In this document: piece after piece, positions 12,768 to 25,600 of the stretch
Numbering within the stretch: position 1 is the stretch's first letter
Layout of the letters: each line of letters begins with the position of its first letter
DNA from: Marsupella aquatica
Lineage: Eukaryota > Plantae > Marchantiophyta
Direction of reading: 5' to 3'
Assembly (NCBI GenBank): GCA_973895155.1
Contig: OZ316897.1
Coordinates: 10,687,832-10,751,831, forward strand
DNA: 64,000 nucleotides
The notes under the pieces: model-generated
Database searches by the model: none
What the model was told of the DNA's origin: nothing
The model's input: only the letters and a program-made list of their open reading frames with translations
Made by a program: the position numbers and the translations under genes

Positions 12768-14660
12768 GAAAAAAAAGGAATATACATATACTTTTTACAG
12801 AAAAAGGCCAAATAGAATACAAAAGAATAAACAAGAGAGGTCCCAAGTGGACAAAACCAAATGCAAAAGAAGTGAGCAAAAGGAAACCCCTAAAAACCAA
12901 GAAAGAGGAACTAAAACTACCGCAAATGGACCGAGGTCCTCATCATACCTAGCAAATGTGGCAACAAGCTAGTGGTCTACATCAAGTGTTGAAACTAGAT
13001 TGGCAAGTGGGACAGGAAATGTCCTCTAGGGGGGCTAGTCGCTGCGGAGTCACACTAGCACCCATTGTCAGAGATCGACGACAGATGGCCCGAGCTTGAG
13101 CACGCTGTAAGGTGACTGAAATGCGTTGGCGAAAGTGCATGGTCAAAACAGATAGCGGGGGCCCGGTGGGACCCATCCGGCCGTGAACATCCCGAGCAGC
13201 TTGGCGAAGAAGCCCGTCGAACTGATGATGGAGACGCCCAAATATCTCAAGAGCAAGGGGCAGGAAGCTATCAGATGAAGCTCGTGCAGCATATTTGGCC
13301 TCCTTCGTTGTTGCTGCTTGTGATGCTGCTGCCCCTGCCGTTGTTGCCGCTGTCCCAATGATGTCTTGGCGCAATGGGTTTGCCACCACTACATCTGCCA
13401 AAGTACGGTGACCTTCACGGACCATGGTAAGATCCACCCGTAACCGTTGTGATGGAGGACCAGGTAACTCGAGCACCACCTCCCGCCGCGCGCAGACCAA
13501 AGAGCCAGAGAGAACTTGAGTAGTCGCATCTCTCACAGCGTCGTGAACAAAAATGGTTTCGCCACCCAAACTGCATCGAAGAAGATGGACACCTGTGGCA
13601 TCACAGGCTTCCCACAAGTGCAAGTAGGAGGTAAACCAGCAAGAAGTGGGTGGGGCAAGCCCATACGAAGACGCATGGCTGGCGCAAACTCCGCTGAAGA
13701 CATCCGCAGGTGAGGAATGACTGGATTGGCCTGAAGCCAGCCTCTTGCGCCCTTCCCTCCGGAAGAAAGAATCCAAGCTCGGTCCGTGTCAGGTGCCTCG
13801 GTGAGGATGCTGGAGAGGGTGAAAGCGTGCATACGCCCAGCAAGGTCTGCCTGAAGACGGACGGGGTCCAAGGATAAAAACTCCTGGAATGAAGGTAACG
13901 CAGCTCGAACAGGATCGGGTAATGATGACCGCGCCGTGCGCAAATGAACCTGAAATGGGAGGGAACCCTCCTCGACCTCCATGAGAGACGAAAGTAAAAA
14001 AGGTCGATCCTTAGTAAGGAAACGATCTGCCAACAATGAGAAGGCGGCCGCCCACGCACCCAAGAAAGCCAAAGGTGCAAGGCGCTCAGTGGAAGTAAGC
14101 CCAAACCCACCGTGAGAAATAGGAAGACTGAGCTGTCGATGAAGCCACGGAGATGAGAGCAAAGTACCTGGCCCTAAAAGAGAGGCCAAAGTCTCACGAA
14201 TGGAGACATCAAACGCTCGGAGGTGTAGATAAAGATCCTCGGTAGGGGGATGTGTCCGAGCCAAATAGGACGCACGAGGGTGGATGCATCTCAACAACAA
14301 CCCAAATGTTGCCTGAGAGTCTGCTAACTTAGGGAGCATAGGAGTAGGGGCTAAGGCAGCCTAGAGAGCGTCAGCAATGAAAGATGAGCAAAAGGAGGCG
14401 GTACCGACTGGGGAGCCAAGGACACGAAGACCGTCGGCTGGACGTAAGAACCCAGGGGGAAGCGCAAGATCAGAGGGTAACCCAGCTGGACTCCATGCAC
14501 GACTCTTCACCTGCTGAACCCGTGAACCGAGGCCCAACAAATGGGTGGAAAGGGTGGCGAGGGCAGAAGTAACAGCAACAGGTGGACCAATGATGTGGGT
14601 GTCATCTGAAAGGGAGGGGAAGATACACTGGAGGTGGGCCGCGGAGGCTTCCCGTAAAGC
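12768..14660 (-). mobile_element. 5'-truncated, degenerate non-LTR retrotransposon with RT, zinc knuckle and restriction-like endonuclease (CRE-like clade)
   Basis: Minus frame from ~14660 reads FPSLSDDTHIIG (RT YxDD equivalent) and GLRVLGSPVG. After an in-frame TAG come QLSLPISHGGFGL and LRMGLPHP..CTCG (frameshift ~13600), then HLLRC..HDAVRD and RLE motifs RVDL..LADVVVANP..KEAKY..FLPLALEIFGRL. The 3' boundary is approximate. Confidence 0.85.
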
Positions 14661-14908
14661 AGTAAAACAACAAACTTAAGAAAAGAAACAAACAAGGTTT
14701 TGAAACAAGGAATTACCCAGAAACCCTAAGTTTGTTTATCTGAAACAATTACCCTCATCATCAAATTTAGAAATTAAGATTCAACCTCGCTATACTAACT
14801 TACCCTCAAAACTGCACAAAATTCCTCAGTTTCCATACAAATTTACTTCAGGAGCAGTACCTTTTAGTCCCCTCGATCACCATACGGCCATCAGACCACC
14901 CAAGAAAC

Positions 14909-15897
14909 TTAATTAGTTCGTGGACCCCTATCTGTTTTGATTTGATTGAGATAAATGTGTTATACAGTGTGTGACACTGAACATAGGGCACTCAGATCAT
15001 TCTCTCGCTCAATTGAAATGCTAGTTGCTTTTGATTTGGCGTCAAAAAACTGAATTGACAATTGCAAAGCTTATACCATTTTTGCTGTGTGAGTAGGCTG
15101 GTGATTCGTGGCTGTTGAATTGTCCTTCGAATTGTCTCCCGCTCATACTCATTGACACTGGTTACGACGTCTGGGTTGGGAATTCTTGTACAACAAATTA
15201 CAGTAGTGGACATCTGACACTTAGCAGGACGGACAAGGTTCAATCTAGCTTCATCCCACATCAAATTTCGTAAGTCTTTATCTTGTGCCGGTCTACTCTA
15301 GAGAGTTGAGCAAAATTTAACTAAGTTTTACCAACTTGTGTGCCTGACTACTTTAGAGAGTTCGTTGTTGAAATTCTTTTGCTGTAGGATTTTTGGAATT
15401 GGAGCTTGGACGAGCTTGCTGCAGACGATTTACCAGCCACGTTGGGGGTTGTGTCGTCCAAGACTACTATGCCCATTCATTATGTCGGTTACTCGCAGGT
15501 ATCAATCCACAATAAATTCCACCCAATCAATTGAGATATAGAAGCAATTATATCAGTTGGTTACTTGGGCAGCAAGATTTAATAATTACGGAATTCAATC
15601 ACAATTCACAAAAAAGGGTGGGCAATCGGTTACTCAGGGTAAAATAAAACAGAGGGTGAGCCTATTGCTAAAGCACAAGTGGTTACACAAGGTAAATAAA
15701 ATGGTTATTTTTGATTACTTTTTACGTCATCTTTTATGGCATGGCGTCCTTAATTTTACCAAAAATTTGCAGCAAACATGAAAGGTGACGTAATTTCATT
15801 GTGGAAACCAATCCGTTCCTGTTTGCAGCGCGCCATGATGATGTGGCACGCTGTGGAGCCAGGAATTTTGGAAGGGACCTCTAGTGGGGTCCGTAAT
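14909..15897 (+). mobile_element. Non-coding dispersed repeat ending in a hairpin (possible Helentron/Helitron2-like non-autonomous element), copy 1
   Basis: The 3' ~190 bp (15720-15897) is clearly homologous to 50850-51020. It ends GGACCTCTAGTGGGGTCC-GTAAT and begins TTAATTAGTTCGTGGACCCC. Class assignment is inference. Confidence 0.5.
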
Positions 15898-17312
15898 TAA
15901 TTGGGCACCCCAGGAGACCTCTTCTTTCCAACAGGAACTTGGTGGGCCTCCTCGTCCCTGCAGCCGGTTGCTCTGCCCTTCCCCCTTTCAATTAGTGTCC
16001 ATACAAGTGCAGGCAGGCAACACAGATTTGACCCGCAATGAACCTCAGAGTGCAGCTTGGATGATGCACACACCTCTAAGGCAACCCACTAAATTTGACT
16101 GAAAGGAGCTCTGTTTTCTCTGGAGTGAATGAGTCAACTCACTCACAGAAACACTTGCAAAAGCACTTGTAAAAATTGTGTGGAGATTTACTACTCTCAC
16201 TCTAAACCCTGCTCCTGACCATGACTACCACACGACCTAACAAAGACAGGCTCTAAACAAATACATGTTCATATAAAAAACATGGCTACACCGTGGAGCC
16301 TGATGGGGCTCGCTTGATTCTGGCCCGCCCCTGTATGGATGAGACTTGAAAGGGGGGAGGGGCGGGCTGCAGAAACAAGGGGCCCCAGTGAGTCCTTAAT
16401 AAAAAAAGGAATTTGTTGGGTGTTTTTTTCCCGACAGAAGCCCTATCCAGTCTTCTGTTGGCCTAGCAAATTGGACTGTTGAGGCATTTCCCTGCACCTT
16501 GCACCAAATTTCCCCAAGTAAATGTACAGAATCAATAAGACACATTCCTCTGTGTATTTGCATGTAATGTAATTTGGTCAAGTGATTTAGTGAGCCACTA
16601 ATGTGCCTTGATTGACACGCTTTAGTGGGTAGACCCCCTTGCTGAGACGCTGATTGATTAACTCTTGGTAGATAGACACTAGGCAAGGCTTGTCAAGAGG
16701 ATTTTGCATCCATCTTTTTGAGATCACAATTTCACTACTAAACGAAGTTCCATTCAACAGTTTGTTCGGCTCCAGTTATAGAAAAGAGTTTACCAAATCA
16801 TTTCCAGTATTCAACTACCAGATGGTAAGAGTTTAAGATATTGTCCCCGAGGATTTTTGGTATGGCAGAAGTCCTTCAATATGTCAAGACAATAGGATGA
16901 GTAGACACAGCAGTCATAGCTGTGGAATGTGTGAGCTTCATGATCAATTCCCCACTAGTCAAATTTGGTTATTCACGGGTCCAATGTGCATGATCATCAT
17001 GTAATCCTCTGCTTTGTAGGTTCTGAGAGCTTGGTCCATAACTCATCTCACCTGAGAAATTGTAGAAACTTATGAACAGCTCTTCCAAAAGAAACATGAT
17101 TGAAAGGCAACGTTACCCAAAACAAGCTAGTTGCACTAGGAGTAGTCCTCAGTGGCTTCTTGAAACACAAGACAACTGTTGCAAGTCTTAACTATATCAG
17201 TGCACGAGTTATCTGACCTAGGTATTTGAGTAAAATCCCTGCACCATGCCTCCGCAAGCTTCGTAAAATTCAATTTCAAAGCTCTTGTTGTGTGAGCCAC
17301 TGCTGATCTTGG

Positions 17313-20309
17313 TCATTTCACTATCTCTCCCGGCCTTGCTTGTCTTATGATTGTCCCTATCCAGTTGTCTCGATTGTCGATTGGAGTCCCTTTCAAAGCC
17401 TGAAGGGCATGACAGGAGCCAGCCTGCCCAGTGCTAAACCTTAGTAGCTTCATCATCACAGTTTCCTTCCTAATTTATATTGCTTGAATCAAGAAAGGCA
17501 TATCAGGTGCATTAGTCAAGTAAAATCTCACCTGCACAATCAATACATCAATACCATGAGCTGCAATTGAGGCGGCTTCTGCAATTTTCGTTGCCATGCC
17601 TCCAGTGGTGTCATGCGCTGCAACATTTGTCTCCACTACTTCAAGAAATTGCCTATTATTAGTAATGAGAAAATGTGTGATAGATTGGTATTGCACCATT
17701 GCAACTGATCACGAAAAAGACATCACAAAACCAAGACATACCTTCGGCGGCATGTGATGCAGGATCAACTATTTTCCATGATCCATCTTCAACAGCTACA
17801 CAATGTGAAGGTGTTAAAAATGAGCCTCCTCCAGATTATGGTGTAAACAATACAGGGTTTTCTTTCGGAAAATTTGCTAGCCACATTTCAATCACCTATG
17901 AAGCAATATAACCCTCTGCCCCGAGAGAATTCACATTTGGAGCCACTAAACTAGAACAGATAGCGCATAGCACGAAGTCAATGCAGGGACTAAAGGGCAG
18001 TGGTAAAACCAATTTCCTTCAGTAAAACTGCTTGCGGCTCTGATGGAGGACGATCAAAGACACCTGGTACGTTGGTCTTAGTCCAGTTAAGTTGCTTGCA
18101 ATAAAACTTGGCAACTTTGCGTGGAGAGAAAAAGAAGGGCCCAACCATCTGAGCATGCTTGTGTAAAAGGATACCAGAAATACAACATAACTTGGCATGA
18201 GTGCAAGAGCCAGCTGACGGACAATTACATCGCCACTGAGGATTGCACAACCCTGCATCCAGTGGACACAGTTTATTGCTGATAAGACCTACGTACGCAT
18301 CAGAAACTTTGAAATGGCTGCTAAGCCTGTCACCTGACTGCTGTCCAGCACCGCATCACCGTGCAAGACCTGATCCATCCAAATATATCACATTAGCCAA
18401 GTCAAGACTCAGAAAATTCTTCTTTTAATGCTTACCCATCACCAGTTTCCGACTAAAAAGTTTTCGCCTCCTAGTACAAGAATAGACAAATGAAACCGTC
18501 AAAGATCTGGAGCATGGCACACTGGAAACTGCTCTATGATTAGCCAGGTGAGAAACACTCTTTCAGAATGCCCTTCAAAGAAGAAAGCCAAGTTCAACTG
18601 ATACTTTACAGAAACGCAACAAGGCAAAGCAGAGAATTGTGGAATAAGGGATTTGAGGGACTTACAGGCAGAAAGCCTGCATTAAGGACTTTCTCCACGC
18701 CTTCAGAGTTTTCAAGTTCGAGCTGCGAAGGAAGAAAGGAGTCCAGGGGTCCATGACTTATGATCAGCACTTTGTATTAAGAAAACGCAAATGAAAGATG
18801 CATCATGGAAGCACATGCATCATGCCTCTGATTTTGAGAGCACAAATTATCTGTCAACTTACTCCAACGTACAATGGGCAATCAGTTCTACGAAGTAGTT
18901 TTGTTCAGGTTTGTACAGTTTTATTTTTTGTTGACCATCCTGCGGAAAAAGGTGAGATGCCCACAGCCGGAATACCCTCTGCAATCAATCAGAGATGTCC
19001 AGCAGACAACATAAAGTAAATTATGCACCAGGAAAAAAGGATTTTGACAAGACTCAGGGCAAGCGCAAATTCTTCGGACGTTTTTCTGCATGCAATTGAA
19101 GACATCTGTGGATACATACCGGACGCAAAAGCTCTCACGACTTCAAGATGTAGTCTGGTGACCTTCAAACAAAGGAGTACAGAATAAACGCCCATTCTAC
19201 TGTAGATTTCTCTTCACTTGTACGCAAGCCATATAAGAAGCATTTTCAAGTGTAAATTTCTCAGGTCTACAAATCACCAGGGTTTTCAATCGCTAAGTGT
19301 ACTCTTCAACTAGATTAAGAGCACTCTTCCTGCCAGTGTGAAAGCTCCTAGATGGTCCTGCCGTGGTGTTCAAAACACAAACAAACAAGATGACCTGGAA
19401 CATGAGCAATGAATAATAAAGAGGTAGGTTGACTGTGGTTGAGAGCATGGCTTACAGATATCCTAGTAGCAACAAAACCAGCATCAACAAATGGGGTACC
19501 AAGATGTCCCTGATTCACTTTGGCTCTGCTAGCTTGGAAATGTCCAAAGGACCCTGACCATATAAGAAGAAAAAGAAGTTATCACCACAATGTTAAATTA
19601 AGTCTTTAGAAATAAATTATAGGGTCTAGAAAGCATGAAAGCAACTGAGAACCTGCGCCATGAACGACCACGAAGGCTTTCATGTCCAGAGAAGCATCCG
19701 GAGGGTAATTATCAGGGAGGACAGATTTATCAGTTGCATCCCGTCTACTCCAATCCATACTCAACTCCTCGTCCAGTGACAGCCCTGCAGCATCTCGAAG
19801 TTGCTGTGCTGTCACAGACAATATTTCGTGGTTTAGGGTTTCCCATTCATCTTTAACGGTGACAGCAGCTCCCCCTGCAAAAACTCATACTCCGCTCCTT
19901 CAGATTAGCATCATCATAAATAGTCTGCATTGACTTATAATTGATCGATTCTCTTTGGTTCCGTTAAGAATCTTCCGGTTGGCTGCTACATTTTCTTTCC
20001 TTAATTAATCCAACCAGGGTTACAGTGTTTACATCGTCACTATCAGTAATACTCAGAGTTGGGAGCTGAGTGATCACTCCCGTGACTCGAATCGGGGGTG
20101 AATCAGGGCTGTCTGGACATTTTCCAGTGCGAATAAGTCGAGAATCAACATTTGTGAGATCTAAAGCACCAAAAGCCGTGACACTAGTTTCCACAATAAA
20201 TTTAAAGTGTTAATGCACTACCTCGAACTTCAGGTGTTCTCAGTGCCCACTCACCGAGCTTCACAACGCAATGCAGGGGCCGAGGGTTGCTACCGAAGGA
20301 TGCAGACAT
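17313..20309 (-). CDS. IPK: Isopentenyl phosphate kinase (amino-acid kinase family), ~12 exons
   Basis: Spliced motifs: CVVKLG|GAAVTVKD..FVVVHGAG|SFGHFQAS..GFVATRIS|VTRLHLEVVRA..GFLP|VLHGDAVLDSSQ|GCAILSGDVIVRQL..TNVPGVFDRPP..HDTTGGMATKIAEAA..WIGTIIR. The IPK-diagnostic His is in SFGH. Stop at 17313-17315. Confidence 0.92.
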
Positions 20310-21912
20310 GATAAGCTCTGTAGCTGAGGAGGGTATCAGTTGCGAGGCCAGTCTCAGATCTGATTGAAGGTCGACTCTGCTTCTGCCCAACGACGGCGCG
20401 GCGCAACATCAAGGGTACCTACTTTGGTCTCGTTTACAACCAGAACATACAGAAACTCCAACTCAGTTGAGCTGGGATGAAATCGAGCTGGTGTACAATT
20501 TGCCACGAAATTGTAGCATAGTCTTTAGTTCAGATCCAAATGCTGAGCTGCAATTCTCCTCTGCCAACGCCAGAAGCCTCCACGTTCAGGATTTTCCTGT
20601 CTTTTTTTATAATTCTCCTGTACAATACTCATGACGAAGCCTCATGACGAAGTTCAAAGTTGGAAGCATACAGAGTTCATGTGGACGTTCCATGCCACTA
20701 ACTTCACTTTTACACAATCCTGTCTCCATCGTTAACTAAGGTGGATAGTCACAAGAAGGAACAAATCTCTCTAACAAACCTTAACAACTAAGAGCTCTAT
20801 AAGGTGAAAAGAAGGTGAAATGAAGAGCTACTGGTACGTTAAGCCCCCAAAACGCCCAACAAAAAACAGTAACAGTAATTTCTCGTACCCGCACAGGTTG
20901 ACTCATGAAACAAGGGGACATCTGGTGTATTTATATATGCCCGATAAAAACCAGACGACAATCCACACATCCAAAAATTAATTCATATTATTAACATTTC
21001 TTTCCAATGTCCCATTTCTTAACTTGCGAGATTATGTTGTTGTCTAGTGAATCCACCAATCAAAATAGACCACATGGATTAACCAAATCAACACCAGCTA
21101 CAGTAGGTTTTTAAGCTCATTATATTAGGGGAGCGTTCTTTCATAGAAACTCCACAAATACTCAAAACAACGTATAACCTTATACAATTTATAATGCAAC
21201 ATTTTATCCTGAAAACACTGTTTTATGTGGACATAATATTGATATGCTAACAGCATAAATTATATTGGGCTCAATCCCTATTTCAAAATGAGTCCAAACA
21301 TGGCTAGAATCACATGTGCATTGACCAACTGAAGTTACAATCATTCTTAGTTTTGGAATGTTGTATGATATTAATTATTTTTTATCATTGCTTGAACAGC
21401 TTTTTGAATGCAAGAATCTAAGGGTTGGAGGCATAAGGGTCTTAAGAATGCAATGATACCTGCACTTTTTGGGTCTTAATACCCTTATGCCTCTGATTCT
21501 TAGAATCCTTAGAATCCTTAGAACAGTTTTTGAATCCAAGTATCTGAGGACTGCAGAGAAGAAATTTTCAAGCTTGTAAACAGAATTTGTGTCTTGATAG
21601 ATGTTGTATTCCCTCAGGGCTACAGTAGGTACCATGAATATTGATCGCTCTTGTGAAAACTATTAAACTTTTTTTGGGCACCAGGCCCCATTTGTACAGT
21701 GTTTTGTCTCACCATGGTTGGCTGACAAGTGCGTTGGGTTACGGTGTAGTCTGTCGACAGCTGCGTGGTTGGTGTCCAAATTACTATTTTTGCTGACTTT
21801 TGGGTGTTACAAATTTTGCGGAAGGGGCACACCGTGGGGGACGGGTGGGGGGGGTGCAGGTATCATTGCCTGGATTCCTATGATGATGCAATGGGCCAAC
21901 AGGGCTATTTCA

Positions 21913-22071
21913 GAGAGATTTGCTTGGCGGGACCCCAAATGGAAATGTTTTACTTGATAGGACCCTTGAAATTTTGGGTCCGTCTATTCAAGGTAAATCA
22001 ACGGCCTAGATCACTCAGGGGTCCTATCAAGTAAAACATTTTCATTTGGGGTCCCACCAAGCAAATCCCTC
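21913..22071. mobile_element. 159-bp Mutator-type MITE
   Basis: ~55-bp near-perfect TIRs (GAGAGATTTGCTTGG..TTTTACTTGATAGGACCC) flanked by a perfect 9-bp TSD GCTATTTCA (21904-21912 and 22072-22080). Confidence 0.9.
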
Positions 22072-22222
22072 GCTATTTCATGGGCCAAGGCACATTTTTA
22101 TCAGAGTTTGCATTATTTAGAAAAAAATGGAAGCTTTTCAAAGAAATAAAATTGGGCAAAATTGAATCCAACATTGTGTTTTATGGCAAATGCTGGTAAA
22201 ACTCATTTGCCCTAGTGAGCAC

Positions 22223-22331
22223 TGTTGGAGTTGAATGAGAATGAATATCTGAATAGCCATGAGTGGTGGTACATATAGTCATGTCTGGTGACCGGCTGGT
22301 CCGGTCATCCGGCTAGAGGTAGAGTCTAACA
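22223..22331 (-). repeat. 3' LTR (109 bp) of the Bianca-like Copia
   Basis: Identical by eye to 29122-29230. Confidence 0.95.
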
Positions 22332-22684
22332 CTCCCCTTTGGATATATAGTAACAACTATATAGACAACATAGACTATACCTATTATATCATGTTCATAG
22401 AAAATACATGATATAAGTACAAGCGAGGTAGACTGCCTCGTTAAAAAACCTTTATCAACTCTAGCTTAGTAAAAACTCTACCAGTGTAGCAGAGAAAAAT
22501 ATGAGTGCTAAAGGAAAAAGAGTGCAGCCTAACAGTCCTCGTCGTAATGAATGTCAATATTAAATAAAGTCAGATGCTATAGTAAATCTAGTTTTAATAT
22601 TTGTCTCAACAATAGGTCGTCAGCATCATGTCATCAACAGCATCAATCGTCATGTGGAGTAGCAGCTTCCACGGTCATCATGCG

Positions 22685-25600
22685 TCACACGCTCCGCAGT
22701 CCAATCGCCTGGCAGTGTCGGTGATGAACTGATGGTGGTAGTGATTTGGTGAAGAGATCTGCACAGTTGTCTACACTTGAAATTTGTAAAATGTTGATCT
22801 CTTTTCCATGTAATTCGTGGGTGTAGAAAAACTTCGGAGCTATATGCTTCACGCGATCGCCTTTGATGAATCCTTTCGTGATCTGCTGTATACATGCTGC
22901 GTTATCCTCAAAAATGTTAGTAGGCTTCGTTAGTGGTGGTAGGCCGCATTTGGTGTTGATGTGGTTTATAAAGGATCGTAACCAAACGGCTTCACGACTA
23001 GCCTCATGTAGAGCTAAGATTTCTAAGTGATTCGATGAGGTTGCTGTTAGGGTCTGTTTCACGCTTTTCCAAGAAAAAGCGGTACCCCCTATGGTAAAGA
23101 CATATCTAGTTTGGGATTTTGCGGTATCAGTGTCGGAAAGATATCCGGCATCCGCGTATCCGATGAGTTCGTGGTTTGCACCGAATGGGTAAAATAATCC
23201 TGTATTGGTGGTGCCACGGAGATACCTAAATACGTGCTTAACTCCGTTCCAGTGTCTGGCTATGGGAGTTGCACTATGTCTAGCTAGTAAGTTAACTGCA
23301 AATGCAATGTCTGGTCTAGTCTGATTTGCTAGGTACATTAATGCTCCTATTGCAGAAAGATATGGAGTTTCTGGTCCTAATATGGGTTCATGTTCTTCGC
23401 GCTTGCGAAAAACATCAGTGGTGTTTTCTAATGAATGTACAACCATAGGTGATGTCAATGGGTGTGCTAGGTTCATATTGAATTGTTTTAGGATCTTTTC
23501 AGTTTGTGTAGTTTGATGGAGTATCATACCAGTAGGTAAGATCTCCAATTGTAATCCTAAGCAAAAGTTTGTATGTCCAAGGTCTTTCATCTCAAATGTT
23601 GATTTAAGACTGGTAATAGTATCTTTTGTAAGTTGGGGTGTCCCAAATATATTTAAGTCATCAACATAAATGGAAACGATGACGTATTCATCATTCACAT
23701 GTTTAATAAATAAACATGGTGTAATGGCATCATGGGAAAAACCTATGGCAATCATTTCATCAGTAAATCTTTGATACCATACTCTGCCACTTTGTTTCAG
23801 GCCATATAGTGCCTTCAACACACGGATAGCTAGTCCGCGGCGAGTATTCCGTACGGTTGACACAGCGGTGTCGTTATTATGAGTTATATGTGTAGATGAC
23901 ACATGAGGTGTAACTTGAGATAATTGTGTTATAATCTTATGTAGATATGGGATATGCGATTTAGCGCCTTGAGCTAAAGCTTGGCGACGTTGCTCCAACT
24001 CGGGAGGTGATCGCATGTATAGACAGGTGTCTACAGTGCCATATAAATATGCAATTGCAACATCTAATTGTCGCATTTGTAGTTGGTGAAAAATGGCAAA
24101 TCCGATAAGATATCGGAATGTTGTGCTATCCATAACCGGTGAGTAAGTTTCATCGTAATGAATTCCCGGTTGTTGGGTAAATCCTTTCCCTACCAGACGT
24201 GCTTTATAGCGTACAACTTGGCCTTTATCATTTCTTTTGCGGACAAATGTCCACTTGTAGCCAATTAGGTGTACGTCTTGTGGTGTTGGCTCGACTGGGC
24301 CAAAAGTGTGTCTGCTGAGTAGGGAATCTAATTCTCCATTTATAGTTTTTTGCCATTCAGGCCAATCTGGTCTGTTTTGGCATTCTAAGATAGATATTGG
24401 TTCGGGTGTATCGTCAGTGATATGTGTTGCCACCATTAATGCAAAAGTATCATCTATTGAAGTAGTATTTCTATCCCACATTGCACCTGTGTGTGCATAG
24501 TGGATAGAGATCTCTTCATGAGATGTAGGTTCGGTATGATCGACATCAGGTGAAGGTGGTATAGATGAACCACGCCTTCTTGGTTGTTTATCCTTTGATC
24601 CCAAGGGTCTGCCACGTTTGGCACGTGGCTGGGATGTGTTTGCTGGCTCACTTGATAATTCGATGCGAGCAGATGCTCTCGCAGTTGGAATATGTGAGCG
24701 GGTAACTTGTGATGTATCGACAAAAGCGTCTGGAAGTTCTTCCACAATCTTGTGGAGTTGCAAAATTCGCTGAATTTCTTTCTCCCCTTGATTGGTTCTA
24801 AGGTCTTGCCAAAATGGCGAATGTCTTTCCCACTCCAAAGGTGGTTGTGGGTGTTTAGGGGTTATTAATGATGGATAAGCGTGTTCATCAAAATGGCAAT
24901 CTAGGAATCTAGATTTAAAAACATCGTCAGTTGTAGGTTCCATATATCGGATTATGGACGGTGAGTCAAATCCGATGTATATCCCCAACTGTCGTTGGGG
25001 TCCCATCTTGGTTCGTTTGGGTGGAGTAATGGGGACCATTACTTGACATCCAAATGAACGAAGGTGGGATAAGTCAGGTTTTATACCATTGGCAATTTGA
25101 TATGGCTATAGGTATTAAAAGCCGATGGGCGGTATTGAATTAATGCATTAGCCTGTAATATGGCGTGTCCCCATGCTGAGACTGGGAGTTTCGATTGCAT
25201 TAGTAGTGGGTGTGCGATTAACTGAAGGCGTTTAATGACCGCTTCAGCTAATCCGTTCTGAAAATGCACGTGAGGTATAGGATATTGTACGTCTATGCCA
25301 AGTGATGTGCAAAAGTCGTCAAATGTTTTGGATGTGAATTCCCCTGCATTGTCCACTCTTAGTGTCTTAATGGGGTGGTCTGGGAATTGTGCTTTCACGC
25401 GCAGGATTTGCGCCAAAATGCGAGGCATAACCATGTTCCTTGTTGAAAGTAGGGTCACATTTGACCATTTAGTTGATGCGTCGATTAATACCATAAAGTA
25501 GCGGAAAGGTCCGCTTGGTGGGTTAATTGGCCCGCAAACATCTGCATGGATTATTTCCAAGAATTTGGGTATGTTGGTTGGCAATTTTGATGCCGTGGGC

